A DNA stretch of 64,000 bases from an uncultured Alphaproteobacteria bacterium (GCA_963738105.1 CAVTWC010000028.1:971-64970); one strand, 5' to 3'; positions 52,693 to 62,720 are shown, counted from the first letter of the stretch. A program made the numbers and translations. Notes: generated by a model from the letters alone, not told the origin.

Positions 52693-54501
52693 ATGGTAGG
52701 AATGAAACCGACTGATATCTCGGCGCCCGACTACTTTCATAAGGTCGTGGATTGCCAATGGGCCTGCCCCGCACACACCCCCGTTCCCGAATACATCCGA
52801 TTGATTGCTGAGGGTCGCTACAGCGACGCCTACATGATCAATTGGAAATCCAACGTGTTTCCGGGAATCCTCGGGCGCACCTGCGACCGACCATGCGAGC
52901 CGGCGTGCCGCCGTGGCCGCGTCGAGGAAACGCCGGTCGCGATCTGCCGCTTGAAGCGCGTCGCCGCCGACTTCAAAGATGACGTCAAGGGACGGATGCC
53001 GAAGCTCGCGGCAAAAAACGGTAAGAGGGTTGCGATCGTCGGCGGCGGCCCCGCCTCGCTCGCGGTCGCCCGTGACCTCGCACCACTCGGTTATCACTGC
53101 ACCGTGTTCGATTCCGACCCCAAGGCCGGCGGCATGATGCGGTCCCAGATTCCGAAATTCCGCCTGCCGGATTCGGTGATCGACGAGGAAACCAATTACA
53201 TCCTCGATCTCGGGATCGAGTTCAAAGGTGGCCATCGCATCGACAGCCTGAAGAAGCTGCTGACTGAAAATTACGATGCGATCTTCGTCGGCTCCGGTGC
53301 GCCGCGTGGCCGCGAGCTCGAGCTGCCGGGCCGCAAGGAAGCGGCGAAAAACATTCACATCGGCATCGACTGGCTCTCCAGCGTTTCGTTCGGCCACACT
53401 GACAAGATCGGCAAGCGCGTGATCGTGCTGGGCGGCGGCAACACCGCGATGGATTGCTGCCGCACCGCCCGCCGCCTCGGCGGCGAGGACGTGAAGGTGA
53501 TCGTGCGTTCCGGCTTCGAGGAAATGAAGGCGAGCCCCTGGGAAAAGGAAGACGCCATCCATGAGGATATTCCGATCCTCAACTTCATGGTCCCGGTCGC
53601 GTTCGTGCACGACAACGGCAAGCTCACCGGCGTCACCTTCCAGAAGGTGAAGGCCGAATATGACGACAAGGGCCGGCGCAACCTGGTCCTGTCGGGCGAG
53701 CCGGACCAGACAATTCCCTGCGACGACGTGCTGGTGGCGGTCGGCCAGGAGAACGCATTCCCCTGGATCGAGCGCGACTGCGGCGTCGAGTTCGACAAAT
53801 GGAACATGCCCAAGGTCGACCAGAACACCATGGGCTCGACCAATCCGAAGGTGTTCTTTGGCGGCGACGCCGCGTTCGGCCCGAAGAACATCATCTGGGC
53901 GGTTGCGCACGGCCATGACGCTGCGCTATCGATCCACAAACTGCTGTCCGGCGAGGACGTCAACGAGCGGCCGTTGCCCGAGGTGCACATCTCCTCGCAG
54001 AAGATGGGCATCCACGAATGGAGCTACGATAACGATATCTCCAGCGACAAGCGCTACAAGGTGCCGCATCGCGACAAAGTTATCGCGCTCAAGGACATCC
54101 GCACCGAGGTCGAGCTCGGCTATGACGTCAAGCTCGCGCTTGGCGAAGCCCAGCGCTGCCTGAACTGCGACATCCAGACGGTGTTCACGGCGCCGTTGTG
54201 CATCGAATGCGACGCCTGCGTCGACATCTGCCCGATGGACTGCATCACCTTCACAGCCAACGAAGATGAAGCCGATCTGCGGCAGCATCTGAAGGCCCCT
54301 TCACCGCATCCGGAACAGGCACTCTATGTCGCCGACGGCCTCAAGACCGGCCGCGTGATGGTCAAAGACGAAGACGTCTGCCTCCATTGCGGCCTGTGCG
54401 CCGAACGTTGTCCCACCGGCGCGTGGGACATGCAGAAATATCTCATCGATATGACACAAGCGGGATCATCATGTCCGTCCAAAGCCCGATCAGCAGCGTA
54501 A
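52693..54501 (+). CDS. GltD-like NAD(P)H-dependent FAD/Fe-S oxidoreductase with C-terminal 2x[4Fe-4S] ferredoxin domain
   Basis: 602 aa. The N-terminal Cys cluster is CDRPCEPACRRG, the dinucleotide folds are VAIVGGGPASL and VIVLGGGNTAMDC, and the C-terminal motifs are CIECDACVDICP and CLHCGLCAERCP. It lies directly upstream of korAB. Confidence 0.8.
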   Translation: MVGMKPTDISAPDYFHKVVDCQWACPAHTPVPEYIRLIAEGRYSDAYMINWKSNVFPGILGRTCDRPCEPACRRGRVEETPVAICRLKRVAADFKDDVKGRMPKLAAKNGKRVAIVGGGPASLAVARDLAPLGYHCTVFDSDPKAGGMMRSQIPKFRLPDSVIDEETNYILDLGIEFKGGHRIDSLKKLLTENYDAIFVGSGAPRGRELELPGRKEAAKNIHIGIDWLSSVSFGHTDKIGKRVIVLGGGNTAMDCCRTARRLGGEDVKVIVRSGFEEMKASPWEKEDAIHEDIPILNFMVPVAFVHDNGKLTGVTFQKVKAEYDDKGRRNLVLSGEPDQTIPCDDVLVAVGQENAFPWIERDCGVEFDKWNMPKVDQNTMGSTNPKVFFGGDAAFGPKNIIWAVAHGHDAALSIHKLLSGEDVNERPLPEVHISSQKMGIHEWSYDNDISSDKRYKVPHRDKVIALKDIRTEVELGYDVKLALGEAQRCLNCDIQTVFTAPLCIECDACVDICPMDCITFTANEDEADLRQHLKAPSPHPEQALYVADGLKTGRVMVKDEDVCLHCGLCAERCPTGAWDMQKYLIDMTQAGSSCPSKARSAA

Positions 54502-56319
54502 ACGACTTCGTCGTCCGCTTCGCCAACGTCAACGGTTCCGGTTCGGCAAGCGCCAACGAGCTGTTCGCCCGCTCGATCCTGCGCCATGGCGTGCCAGTAT
54601 CGCCGCGCAACGTGTTCCCGTCCAACATCCAGGGTCTGCCGACCTGGTATGAAGTGCGGGTCACGGAAGATAACCATCTCGGCGCCCGCGGCGGCATCGA
54701 CATGATGGTGGCGATGAACCCGCAGACCTGGGACAAGGACGTCGCCTCGATCGAGCCCGGCGGCTATCTGTTCTACAATTCGACCAAGCCGATGCCGACG
54801 TCGAAATTTCGCCCCGACATTACCGTGATCGGCGTGCCGCTGACCGCGATCACGAATTCGACCTATACCGATCCGCGCCAGCGCCAATTGTTCAAGAACA
54901 TCATCTATCTCGGCGCGATGTGCGCGCTGCTCGACATGGATGCGAAGCTGGTCGAGCAGTTGATCGGCGAGCAGTACAAGGGCAAGGAAAAGCTCCTGTC
55001 CTCCAACATTCACGCGCTGCATCTCGGCCGCGACTTTGCGCTGCAAAACCTGAAATGCCCGATCGGTCTGCGGGTCAAGAAGTCAGACAAAGTCGGCGAC
55101 CGCATCTTCCTGGAAGGCAACAGCGCCGCCGCCCTCGGCGCGGTCTATGGCGGCGCCACGGTCTGCGCGTGGTACCCGATCACGCCGTCGTCGTCGCTGG
55201 CCGATGCCTTCACCAGCCACTGCAAGAAACTGCGGCACGACCCCGAAACCGGCAAGGCCAATTACGCCATCGTTCAGGGCGAGGACGAACTCGCCTCGAT
55301 CGGCATCGTGATCGGCGCATCCTGGAACGGCGCCCGCGCCTTCACCGCGACCTCCGGTCCCGGCATCTCGCTGATGACGGAGTTTATCGGCCTGTCCTAC
55401 TTCGCCGAAATTCCCGCCGTGATCATGAACGTGCAGCGCGCCGGCCCCTCGACCGGCATGCCGACGCGGACCCAGCAGTGCGACATCATCGCCTGCGCCT
55501 ACGCTTCGCATGGCGATACCAAGCATGTGCTGCTGTTCCCGGAAGATCCGGCGGAAGCGTTCGAGTTCGCCGCGCAGGCATTTGATCTGGCCGAACGGCT
55601 ACAGACCACGATCTTCCTGATGCTCGACCTCGACATCGGCATGAACCACCGGCTGTGCCGCCCGCTGAAATGGGACGACGCCCGGCAATATGACCGCGGC
55701 AAGGTGATGACCGCTGAGATGCTCGACGAGGGCCGTGACTTCGGCCGCTACCTCGACGTCGATGGCGACGGCATCCCGTTCCGCACCTATCCCGGCACCC
55801 ACCCCACCAAGGGCTCGTATCTTCACCCGCGGTACCTCGCGCGACCGCTACGCGCGATATTCCGAGGAAGGTTCGGTTTACGCCGACAACATGCAGCGGC
55901 TGCTGCGCAAGTTCGAGACCGCCCAGGACATGGTGCCGCGGCCGCTGCAGGCTAACGCCGCCAAGCCCACCAAATACGGTGTGATCTATTTCGGCTCGAC
56001 TGCGCCGGCGATGGACGAGGCAATCGGCATCCTGGAAGCACGCGGCCATCAGCTCGACCGGCTTCGTATCCGCGCCTTCCCGTTCCATTCCAGCGTTGCG
56101 AGCTTCATCGCCGACCACGATTTTGTCTACGTGGTCGAACAGAACCGCGATGCGCAGCTTCGTCAGCTGATCGTCAACGAAAATGGCATCGATCCGGTAC
56201 GGCTGGTGCCGATCCTGCACTATGACGGCACACCGATCACCGCGCGCTTCATCGCGGGCGCGATCGGCGACCATCAGGACCAGCTCAAGGTGACCCCGCT
56301 TCGCAAGGTGAAGTCATGA
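54471..56319 (+). pseudogene. korA: 2-oxoglutarate/2-oxoacid:ferredoxin oxidoreductase alpha subunit (KorA) with one apparent frameshift
   Basis: The N-terminal 450 codons are in the frame of track ORF 54387..55955 (MSVQSPISSVNDFVVRFANVNGSGSASANELF...). The remainder is in the frame of 55735..56319 (FTRGTSRDRYARYSEEGSVYADNMQRLLRKFETA...). The switch is at about 55821 (TCGTATCTTCACC; TCGTATTTCACC would read through). Length 1849 nt = 3n+1. Confidence 0.8.
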
Positions 56320-57371
56320 CCTACATCGCCAAGCCGAAATTCCAGCATCCAGGCCTGCCGAAAAACGATCTCGGCTACACCCACCGCGATTACGAGGGCA
56401 AGATCTCGACGCTGTGCGCCGGCTGCGGCCACAACTCGATCACGGCCTCGATCATCGAAGCCTGTTACGAGCTCTCGATCGAGCCGCATCGCGTCGCCAA
56501 GATCTCCGGCATCGGCTGCTCGTCGAAAACGCCGGATTATTTCCTCGGCAATTCCCACGGCTTCAATTCGGTGCACGGCCGTATGCCGTCGGTCTTGACC
56601 GGCGCCAATCTCGCCAACCGCGATCTGATCTATCTCGGGGTGTCCGGCGACGGCGACAGCGCCTCGATCGGCTTCGGCCAGTTCGCGCATTCGATCCGGC
56701 GCGGCGTCAACATGACCTATATCGTCGAGAACAACGGCGTCTACGGCCTTACCAAGGGACAGTTCTCGGCCACCGCCGACCGAGGTTCGAAATCCAAGAA
56801 GGGCGTCACCAACACCGACAGCGCGATCGACCTGGTCGCCATTGCCCTGCAGTTGGGCGCTAGCTTCGTGGCGCGCAGCTTCTCCGGCGACAAGACCCAA
56901 TTGGTGCCGCTGATCGCGGCCGCGATCCAGCACAAGGGCGCAGCCTTTATCGACGTGGTCAGCCCCTGCATTGCTTTCAACAACCATGCGGGTTCGACCA
57001 AGAGCTTTGATTATGTCCGTGAGCACAACGATGCGGTGAACCGGCTCGACGTCATCACCGGCCGCGATCCGATCACGGTCGATTACGCGCCGGGATCGGT
57101 CACCGTGGTCGAGCAGCACGACGGCACCAAGCTGGCGCTGCGCAAGCTCGACGCCGATTACGATCCGCATGATCGGCTGGGCGCGATGACGTTCCTGCAG
57201 AAGCACGCCGCCAAGGGCCAGATCGTCACCGGACTGCTCTACGTCGATCCGGACTCGGAAGATCTGCACACCCACCTCAACACGGTGGACACGCCGCTGA
57301 ACCAGCTCGGCGAAAAGACCCTGTGCCCGGGCAACACCGCGCTGGACAAGATCAACGCCAGCCTGCGCTAG
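56316..57371 (+). CDS. korB: 2-oxoglutarate/2-oxoacid:ferredoxin oxidoreductase beta subunit (KorB, TPP-binding)
   Basis: 351 aa with CAGCGH, the TPP motif GDGDSASIG...NNGVYGLTKGQ, and an ATG that overlaps the korA stop. Confidence 0.9.
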   Translation: MTYIAKPKFQHPGLPKNDLGYTHRDYEGKISTLCAGCGHNSITASIIEACYELSIEPHRVAKISGIGCSSKTPDYFLGNSHGFNSVHGRMPSVLTGANLANRDLIYLGVSGDGDSASIGFGQFAHSIRRGVNMTYIVENNGVYGLTKGQFSATADRGSKSKKGVTNTDSAIDLVAIALQLGASFVARSFSGDKTQLVPLIAAAIQHKGAAFIDVVSPCIAFNNHAGSTKSFDYVREHNDAVNRLDVITGRDPITVDYAPGSVTVVEQHDGTKLALRKLDADYDPHDRLGAMTFLQKHAAKGQIVTGLLYVDPDSEDLHTHLNTVDTPLNQLGEKTLCPGNTALDKINASLR

Positions 57372-57412
57372 GTCTGGCGCAAGCGGGGGAGCAGCCGCGC
57401 CATGCGAGAGGA

Positions 57413-57610
<198 letters not shown>

Positions 57611-57655
57611 GAAGGAGAAAAAGATAAAAGTGACTAGGAAACTAAAGTCCGTGCG

Positions 57656-57671
57656 CTGCGCCATGGCGCAG
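57656..57671. terminator. 16-nt perfect palindrome CTGCGCCATGGCGCAG between convergent genes
   Basis: A 6-bp stem with a 4-nt loop is possible. It lies 26 nt beyond the stop of the minus-strand DUF4399 gene. No U-tract. Confidence 0.3.
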
Positions 57672-57696
57672 GGTCGCAAGCGCGATCGAACCGACT

Positions 57697-58122
57697 TTAC
57701 TTGATCCTGACCGTAATCTTTTCCGATACGACCGGAGGATTGAACGGATAATGACTGGCATCGCCCAACACCAGCTGAAGCGTATGCTTGCCGGGTGGAA
57801 GCTCGATCCGGGCCTCGGTTTGCCCCGCGCCAAAATGAAGGTGTGACTTGTCTTGCGGGATCGGCTCCTTGGGGTCGATCGGTTCGTTCACATCGATAAG
57901 CAAATGGTGATGGCCGCTGTTTTGGTAATTGTCGCCGGCATGCGTCACGCCCATGTTGCGCAGGCCGAAACGGGCCCAGAACCCGCCCTTGATCGTTGCG
58001 CCGTTCTGCGGCCAGATAAAATACAGCGACGCATCCGGCGGCGCGGGCTTTCCCTGGGCGTCGGCAACGCTCGGCAACAACACAAGCGCCGCGGCTAGCA
58101 TGACAAGGCGGGCGATCTTCAT
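57697..58122 (-). CDS. DUF4399-domain periplasmic protein
   Basis: 141 aa with a signal peptide ending VADAQ. The motifs GHHHLLID and HFGAGQTE are typical of DUF4399. Confidence 0.75.
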   Translation of the reverse strand: MKIARLVMLAAALVLLPSVADAQGKPAPPDASLYFIWPQNGATIKGGFWARFGLRNMGVTHAGDNYQNSGHHHLLIDVNEPIDPKEPIPQDKSHLHFGAGQTEARIELPPGKHTLQLVLGDASHYPFNPPVVSEKITVRIK

Positions 58123-58153
58123 GGAACGCGTTCCTTCGTGTCGGGATTAGGCC

Positions 58154-59743
58154 CTAGGGCGATAGAGCGACCCGGAATCCATGGGTCGGATATCGAACGT
58201 TGGTATCGTAATTGTCGCGATTGGCCGGCCGCACATAGCGCGCATCGTTCTTCCAAGAGCCGGACCGGATAACGTGAGAGGTACAATCACCGCTGACCCA
58301 CGGCGAACCGTCTGTCGGGGCGCCCTGGTAGCTCTTGTGCCAACAATCCTCTACCCACTGATCGACACCGCCGCCCATGTCATAGAGCCCAAATGGATTG
58401 GGTTTAAAATTGCCAACCTTGACCGGCTGGTCGGCGGCTGAGACGTCGGCGCAGTCCTTGCAATTCGTCATGCCGGATTGCAGCTGATCACCCCACCAAT
58501 ATTTCGTCTGCGTTCCTCCGCGCGCGGCATATTCCCATTCGGCTTCGCTCGGAAGCCGGTAAGGCTTTCGCGTGGCATCCGCGAGCCAGGCGACATATTG
58601 CTTGGCATCGCTCCAACTTACATTTGAGATGGGCGCATCATCTTTCCCGGTCGCCACGAACCCGCATGCTTTTGCGGCCGCGCATTCATTCCACTGCCGG
58701 ACAGTAATCGGGTATATGCTAATCGAGAACGGCTTGATCGTTACCTGATGGATCGGCCGTTCGGAAATGTCGTCATTGCTGCCCATCGCAAAACTGCCGC
58801 CCTGGAGCGCCTTCATTTCAGGCTCCTGGACCGACGCAGCCGCCTGCGGCGCCGGAGGCGCTGGCTGCGGCAGCAGCGCTCCCTGTTTCACTGCAGGAAC
58901 CCCTGAAGGAGCCGGTTGAGGCTGGGGCGAAGCCTGTTGCGTGGGAGATGGAGGCGGAGGCGCGGCCGGCTGCGGCTGCTTCGCAGCGGGCGGCGGCAAG
59001 GCAGGCGATTGTGCGGAAGGCGCGACCGGAGCGGCGCCCTGATCCGCGACTTTACGGTGCGGCTGCAGAAGCATGTACCAGAGAACGCCGCCTGCGATGA
59101 TCAATAGAGCCGTGCTCAGCAGGAAAATCAGAATGTTCTCGCGCCGTTTTCGGGTCTTGTTGAAGGCAGCGACATCCGGAAGCACGCGGTAAACTCGCAC
59201 CGGATCGGTGATGTTCTTGACTTTGCGGTCCCCGAGCAATTCATAGCCACAGACCAGTTTGTGCTTTATCTGTTCGTAAATGCCGCCTGAGATGTAAACT
59301 TGGCCGGGATCGGCAATGCCCTCGAGGCGCGAGGCAATATTGACGCCGTCACCATAAACGTCGTCCGGCTCGATGATAACGTCGCCCAAATTGACGCCGA
59401 TCCGATACTCGATCCGATAATGCGTCGGAAGCGAGGCGTTGCGGCCAACCAAATTCTGCTGAATGACGATGCTGCACCGGACAGCTTCAACAGGGCTGTC
59501 GAAAATCGCAATAAAGCCGTCGCCAGTCGTTTTGACGAGTTTGCCGTTGTGCTCTGTAATGCTGGGCTCGATGAGGTCGCGCTCGATCCGCTTGACGCGA
59601 GTGTGCGTTCCTTCTTCGTCCAGTTGCATCAGACGGCTGTAGCCCGCGATATCGCCGGCGACGATCGCAGCAAGGCGTCGTGGCGACGCGCCGCTCGGCG
59701 GCTCGCCCTGTCTGTTCGATTTGAAGTCGCGGATTTCACCCAT
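58154..59743 (-). CDS. Class III adenylate/guanylate cyclase fused via one TM helix and a Pro-rich linker to an FGE/SUMF1 (EgtB/PvdO)-type domain
   Basis: Track ORF 58154..59761, with ATG 59743. The cyclase core is AAIVAGDIAGYSRLM...TTGDGFIAIF...GDGVNIASRLE. The TM segment is ILIFLLSTALLIIAGGVLWYMLL. A roughly 90-aa P/A/Q-rich linker follows. The C-terminal domain carries RLPSEAEWEYAARGG...RSGSW...GFRV. Confidence 0.8.
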   Translation of the reverse strand: MGEIRDFKSNRQGEPPSGASPRRLAAIVAGDIAGYSRLMQLDEEGTHTRVKRIERDLIEPSITEHNGKLVKTTGDGFIAIFDSPVEAVRCSIVIQQNLVGRNASLPTHYRIEYRIGVNLGDVIIEPDDVYGDGVNIASRLEGIADPGQVYISGGIYEQIKHKLVCGYELLGDRKVKNITDPVRVYRVLPDVAAFNKTRKRRENILIFLLSTALLIIAGGVLWYMLLQPHRKVADQGAAPVAPSAQSPALPPPAAKQPQPAAPPPPSPTQQASPQPQPAPSGVPAVKQGALLPQPAPPAPQAAASVQEPEMKALQGGSFAMGSNDDISERPIHQVTIKPFSISIYPITVRQWNECAAAKACGFVATGKDDAPISNVSWSDAKQYVAWLADATRKPYRLPSEAEWEYAARGGTQTKYWWGDQLQSGMTNCKDCADVSAADQPVKVGNFKPNPFGLYDMGGGVDQWVEDCWHKSYQGAPTDGSPWVSGDCTSHVIRSGSWKNDARYVRPANRDNYDTNVRYPTHGFRVALSP

Positions 59744-59975
59744 GGCGTGGGTCTCCTGCAACCGAGCGCAAACCGTCCCCCGAGATCAAAGCTGGATCAG
59801 TAAGTTACCATATTGCCGCCTGAGGCAAGCCGCGTCACTGGGCCGCATCAGCGTTTGAGGTAACGTTTAGGTGCGCGGAATGTAATCAAACGTGAGTACT
59901 CGCCTCGGGCGCAACCGCACACCTCGGAAATTGCGCTGGTCCGGCGCTCCTGAGCACCGGACCCTCGTCTGTGCC

Positions 59976-61169
59976 TTATTTGTCGCCGAGGATATCGCCG
60001 AACAACACCCAGGTCTTGCCGTCGAAGCGCGCCATCTGGACTTGCCGGATCGGTGTGACATCGCTCGGGTCGTTCTGGACCTTGATGCCGGGCAGCAGCA
60101 TCGGCATCGCGAGACCGCTTAAACTGGTGGACTGCTTGATGATATTCTCGCGGCTGAGGTCGTCCTTGCAGTTCTTCAGCACTTCCACCATGATTTGCGC
60201 CACGGTGTAGCCCTGCACGTTGAAGAGATCGCCAGTGCTCGCGCTCGGCTGGTACTTCTTCATCCAGGCCGTGAAATCCTTCACCGCCGGATCGTCCGCC
60301 CAACGCGCATCGTTCGGGTCCTTGAGGTAAAGCCCGGTCACCACGCCGATGGTATTTTCCAGGCCGGCGGGCTGCAGCACCGCGGAGACCGAGTTGGAAA
60401 CCGTCGGCAGGACGATCAACGGCTTCCAGCCCATCTCGCCGGCCTTCCTGATCGCTTGCGCGGCGAATTTAGGTGTCGCTTCCGCGAAGAAAACATCAGC
60501 GCCGGATTCGCGCATTGTGACCATCTGGGAATCGATCGTCGGATCGGTGGTCTGGTAAGTCGTCTCCGAGACCAGTTGCTTGATGTGATCGCCCAGCCCC
60601 GCCTTGAAGCCGCGCAAATAATCCTTGCCGGCATCCTCATTGGGCGTGATGATAGCGATCTTTGCATCCGGTTTCGTTTTCAGCACATATTGGGCGTAGA
60701 GCTTGCCTTCCAGTTCGTAGGTCGGATTGAAGCCGACCGTCCACGGGAACTGCTTCGGGTCATTCCAGCGCGTCGCGCCGGAGGAAACAAAGATCTGCGG
60801 TACATGCTTGCCGTTGAGATATTTCTGCACGGAGATGTTGGGCGCAGTGCCAACCGAGCTGAACATCGCCAGCACTTCATCCTGCTCCACAAGCTTGCGC
60901 GTCTGTTCGACCGTCTTGGGCGCGGAATACGCGTCATCCAAGGTCTCGAAGTCGATCTTGCGGCCGTTGATGCCGCCTTGATCGTTGATCATCTGGAAGT
61001 AGGCAGCTTCCGCGCGCGCGATCGTGCCATAGGCCGACGCTGGCCCGCTATAGGGCGCGGTATTTCCGAGCTTGATGGTGGTATCGGCTGCGGAGGATGC
61101 CGTGACAGGAAGTATCGAGAGCGCAACGCCGGCCAGTGAGACAGCGAGAAGTCGGATTCGAGTTGGCAA
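59976..61169 (-). CDS. ABC transporter periplasmic binding protein, branched-chain amino acid (type 1) family
   Basis: 397 aa with a signal peptide ending SSAADT. The IKLGNTAPYSGPASAYG and GGINGRKI motifs parallel the paralogue at 14873..16102. Confidence 0.85.
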   Translation of the reverse strand: MPTRIRLLAVSLAGVALSILPVTASSAADTTIKLGNTAPYSGPASAYGTIARAEAAYFQMINDQGGINGRKIDFETLDDAYSAPKTVEQTRKLVEQDEVLAMFSSVGTAPNISVQKYLNGKHVPQIFVSSGATRWNDPKQFPWTVGFNPTYELEGKLYAQYVLKTKPDAKIAIITPNEDAGKDYLRGFKAGLGDHIKQLVSETTYQTTDPTIDSQMVTMRESGADVFFAEATPKFAAQAIRKAGEMGWKPLIVLPTVSNSVSAVLQPAGLENTIGVVTGLYLKDPNDARWADDPAVKDFTAWMKKYQPSASTGDLFNVQGYTVAQIMVEVLKNCKDDLSRENIIKQSTSLSGLAMPMLLPGIKVQNDPSDVTPIRQVQMARFDGKTWVLFGDILGDK

Positions 61170-61302
61170 GTTCTTGGTCCTTTTTTTGTTCTTTAACGCG
61201 GCGCACCCTATTTACTTGACGCAGGCAACGCAAATCACGCGGGCGAATTCCGCGAGCCGGTAATTCACTGCAAGGTGACCATCGCACGCACGCGATTGTG
61301 TG

Positions 61303-62442
61303 CTACTCGACAGGCTTGTTGTTGATGTTGACGACGGTGCATTTGGCGGCAGCGGCTGGCGTGCAGAAGCCGAGTGCATCCTTGACGGCTTCATCGACGC
61401 TTCGGCGGCCGGTCGCCCAACCAAAATGCGAACCGCCGCCGATCACGAAGGCCTTGTTCGGTCCGCTGTCGAGATAGGTCTTGAAGGTGTCGCGGCCGCG
61501 TTTGTTGAGGCTCGATGGCGACGGCACGTTCGGCGTCGATATGTCGATCGGCCGGTCCCGCAGCACGAGATTGTCCGACGCGAGATAACGGTCGACGATC
61601 GGCGACCAGATCGGAATCCCACCCGCGCTGAACAGCGTGTGACCGTCATCACCGAATGCTGCTGTCTTGACATAAGTGACGTGGCCACCCGCATTCGAGA
61701 ACGCACCGGTCAACCGCGCCGTTAATGGCGGACCGAAAAAATGATCGTTCTCGGCAGAAACCCACAACAGCGGCACCCGCGAGGTATTGCCGTATTGGGC
61801 GAACGCTGCAACCAGGCGATTTTCGCTGCACACCGTATCGGGCCCCGACGATCCCCGCCCCGGCGCAAACGCAATGGCCGCGGCAAGATCCTGCGGCGCC
61901 ATCGCGGTCAACGCCACCGTTGCGAAACCGCCGGCGGAAACACCGACGCTGATCCATTTGCCTTTGCTGACATAGGCCTGGCTGCTCATGAATTTTGCGA
62001 CCGCGGCGATATCGCTCGCCCCGGCCAATCCCGCTTTGGCGTAATCCGGATCGGAACAGCCGCTATAGGTCTCGGCCCATTCGCCCTGCGAACGGCCATA
62101 GCCGCGGCGCAGGAAAGCCACCGCGACCCAACCTCGCCGCGCGAACTCGACCGCCTCCGCCCATCGGCCATAGGGCGACATTTTGGGGCGGTCCTCGGCG
62201 TCGCGGGGCGAGCCGTGGTTGATCACGGCGAGCGGATGCGGCTGGCCGTCGTCCGGCCGGACCACAATGGCCTCCAATTGGAGTGGGCCACGGCCGCTCA
62301 CCCCCATGATTTCTGCCGGGATTTGTAACGCGTCCAACCGGACGCCCTCGGCGCGCACCTGTCCAAACGACAGCGCGGCTGCCAGCAGCGTTGAGTACGC
62401 CAGCATAAATCCAGCAAATCCAAAGCCTTTGGTAGAAACCAT
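61303..62442 (-). CDS. Secreted alpha/beta hydrolase (dienelactone hydrolase/S9-like) with C-terminal DUF4189-like domain
   Basis: Track ORF 61303..62700. The start is uncertain (ATG 62442, MVSTKGFGFAGFMLAYSTLLAAALSFGQVRA signal, or 62496). The nucleophile elbow is GVSAGG. The C-terminal roughly 90 aa (AFVIGGGSHFGWATGRRSVDEAVKDALGFC...KC) look DUF4189-like. Confidence 0.65.
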   Translation of the reverse strand: MVSTKGFGFAGFMLAYSTLLAAALSFGQVRAEGVRLDALQIPAEIMGVSGRGPLQLEAIVVRPDDGQPHPLAVINHGSPRDAEDRPKMSPYGRWAEAVEFARRGWVAVAFLRRGYGRSQGEWAETYSGCSDPDYAKAGLAGASDIAAVAKFMSSQAYVSKGKWISVGVSAGGFATVALTAMAPQDLAAAIAFAPGRGSSGPDTVCSENRLVAAFAQYGNTSRVPLLWVSAENDHFFGPPLTARLTGAFSNAGGHVTYVKTAAFGDDGHTLFSAGGIPIWSPIVDRYLASDNLVLRDRPIDISTPNVPSPSSLNKRGRDTFKTYLDSGPNKAFVIGGGSHFGWATGRRSVDEAVKDALGFCTPAAAAKCTVVNINNKPVE

Positions 62443-62720
62443 CGACCCCGCCACCCCCGTTGCGCAGCCCGCCAGCTTAACATGCGGATATGTCATCCCT
62501 GCCCTGCCGTGATCAAAAAATGACGGTGGCAGCGCCGCTAAACAGCCAATTTCCGGGATCGATATGTTGCGTATGGCGTTATGCTCTGGGCACCCGCATA
62601 TTCTATTGGTCATTACCCAGATCGGCTCTCGCCGCAAACAGACATCACAACAGACATTGGCTCCCGCCAGAACTGCCCCAAAAGCCGAAACATCGACCAA
62701 CCCGGACAGAAGCAGGCACC

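Noticed and set aside
57665-57700. tRNA-like T-arm sequence (minus strand GTCGGTTCGATCGCGC) that might mark a tRNA gene or an island attachment site next to the G tract.
   Set aside because: Only a GGTTCGAT-like pentamer context is present. No acceptor, D or anticodon arms can be drawn, and the adjacent DNA is the 3' end of the DUF4399 gene.
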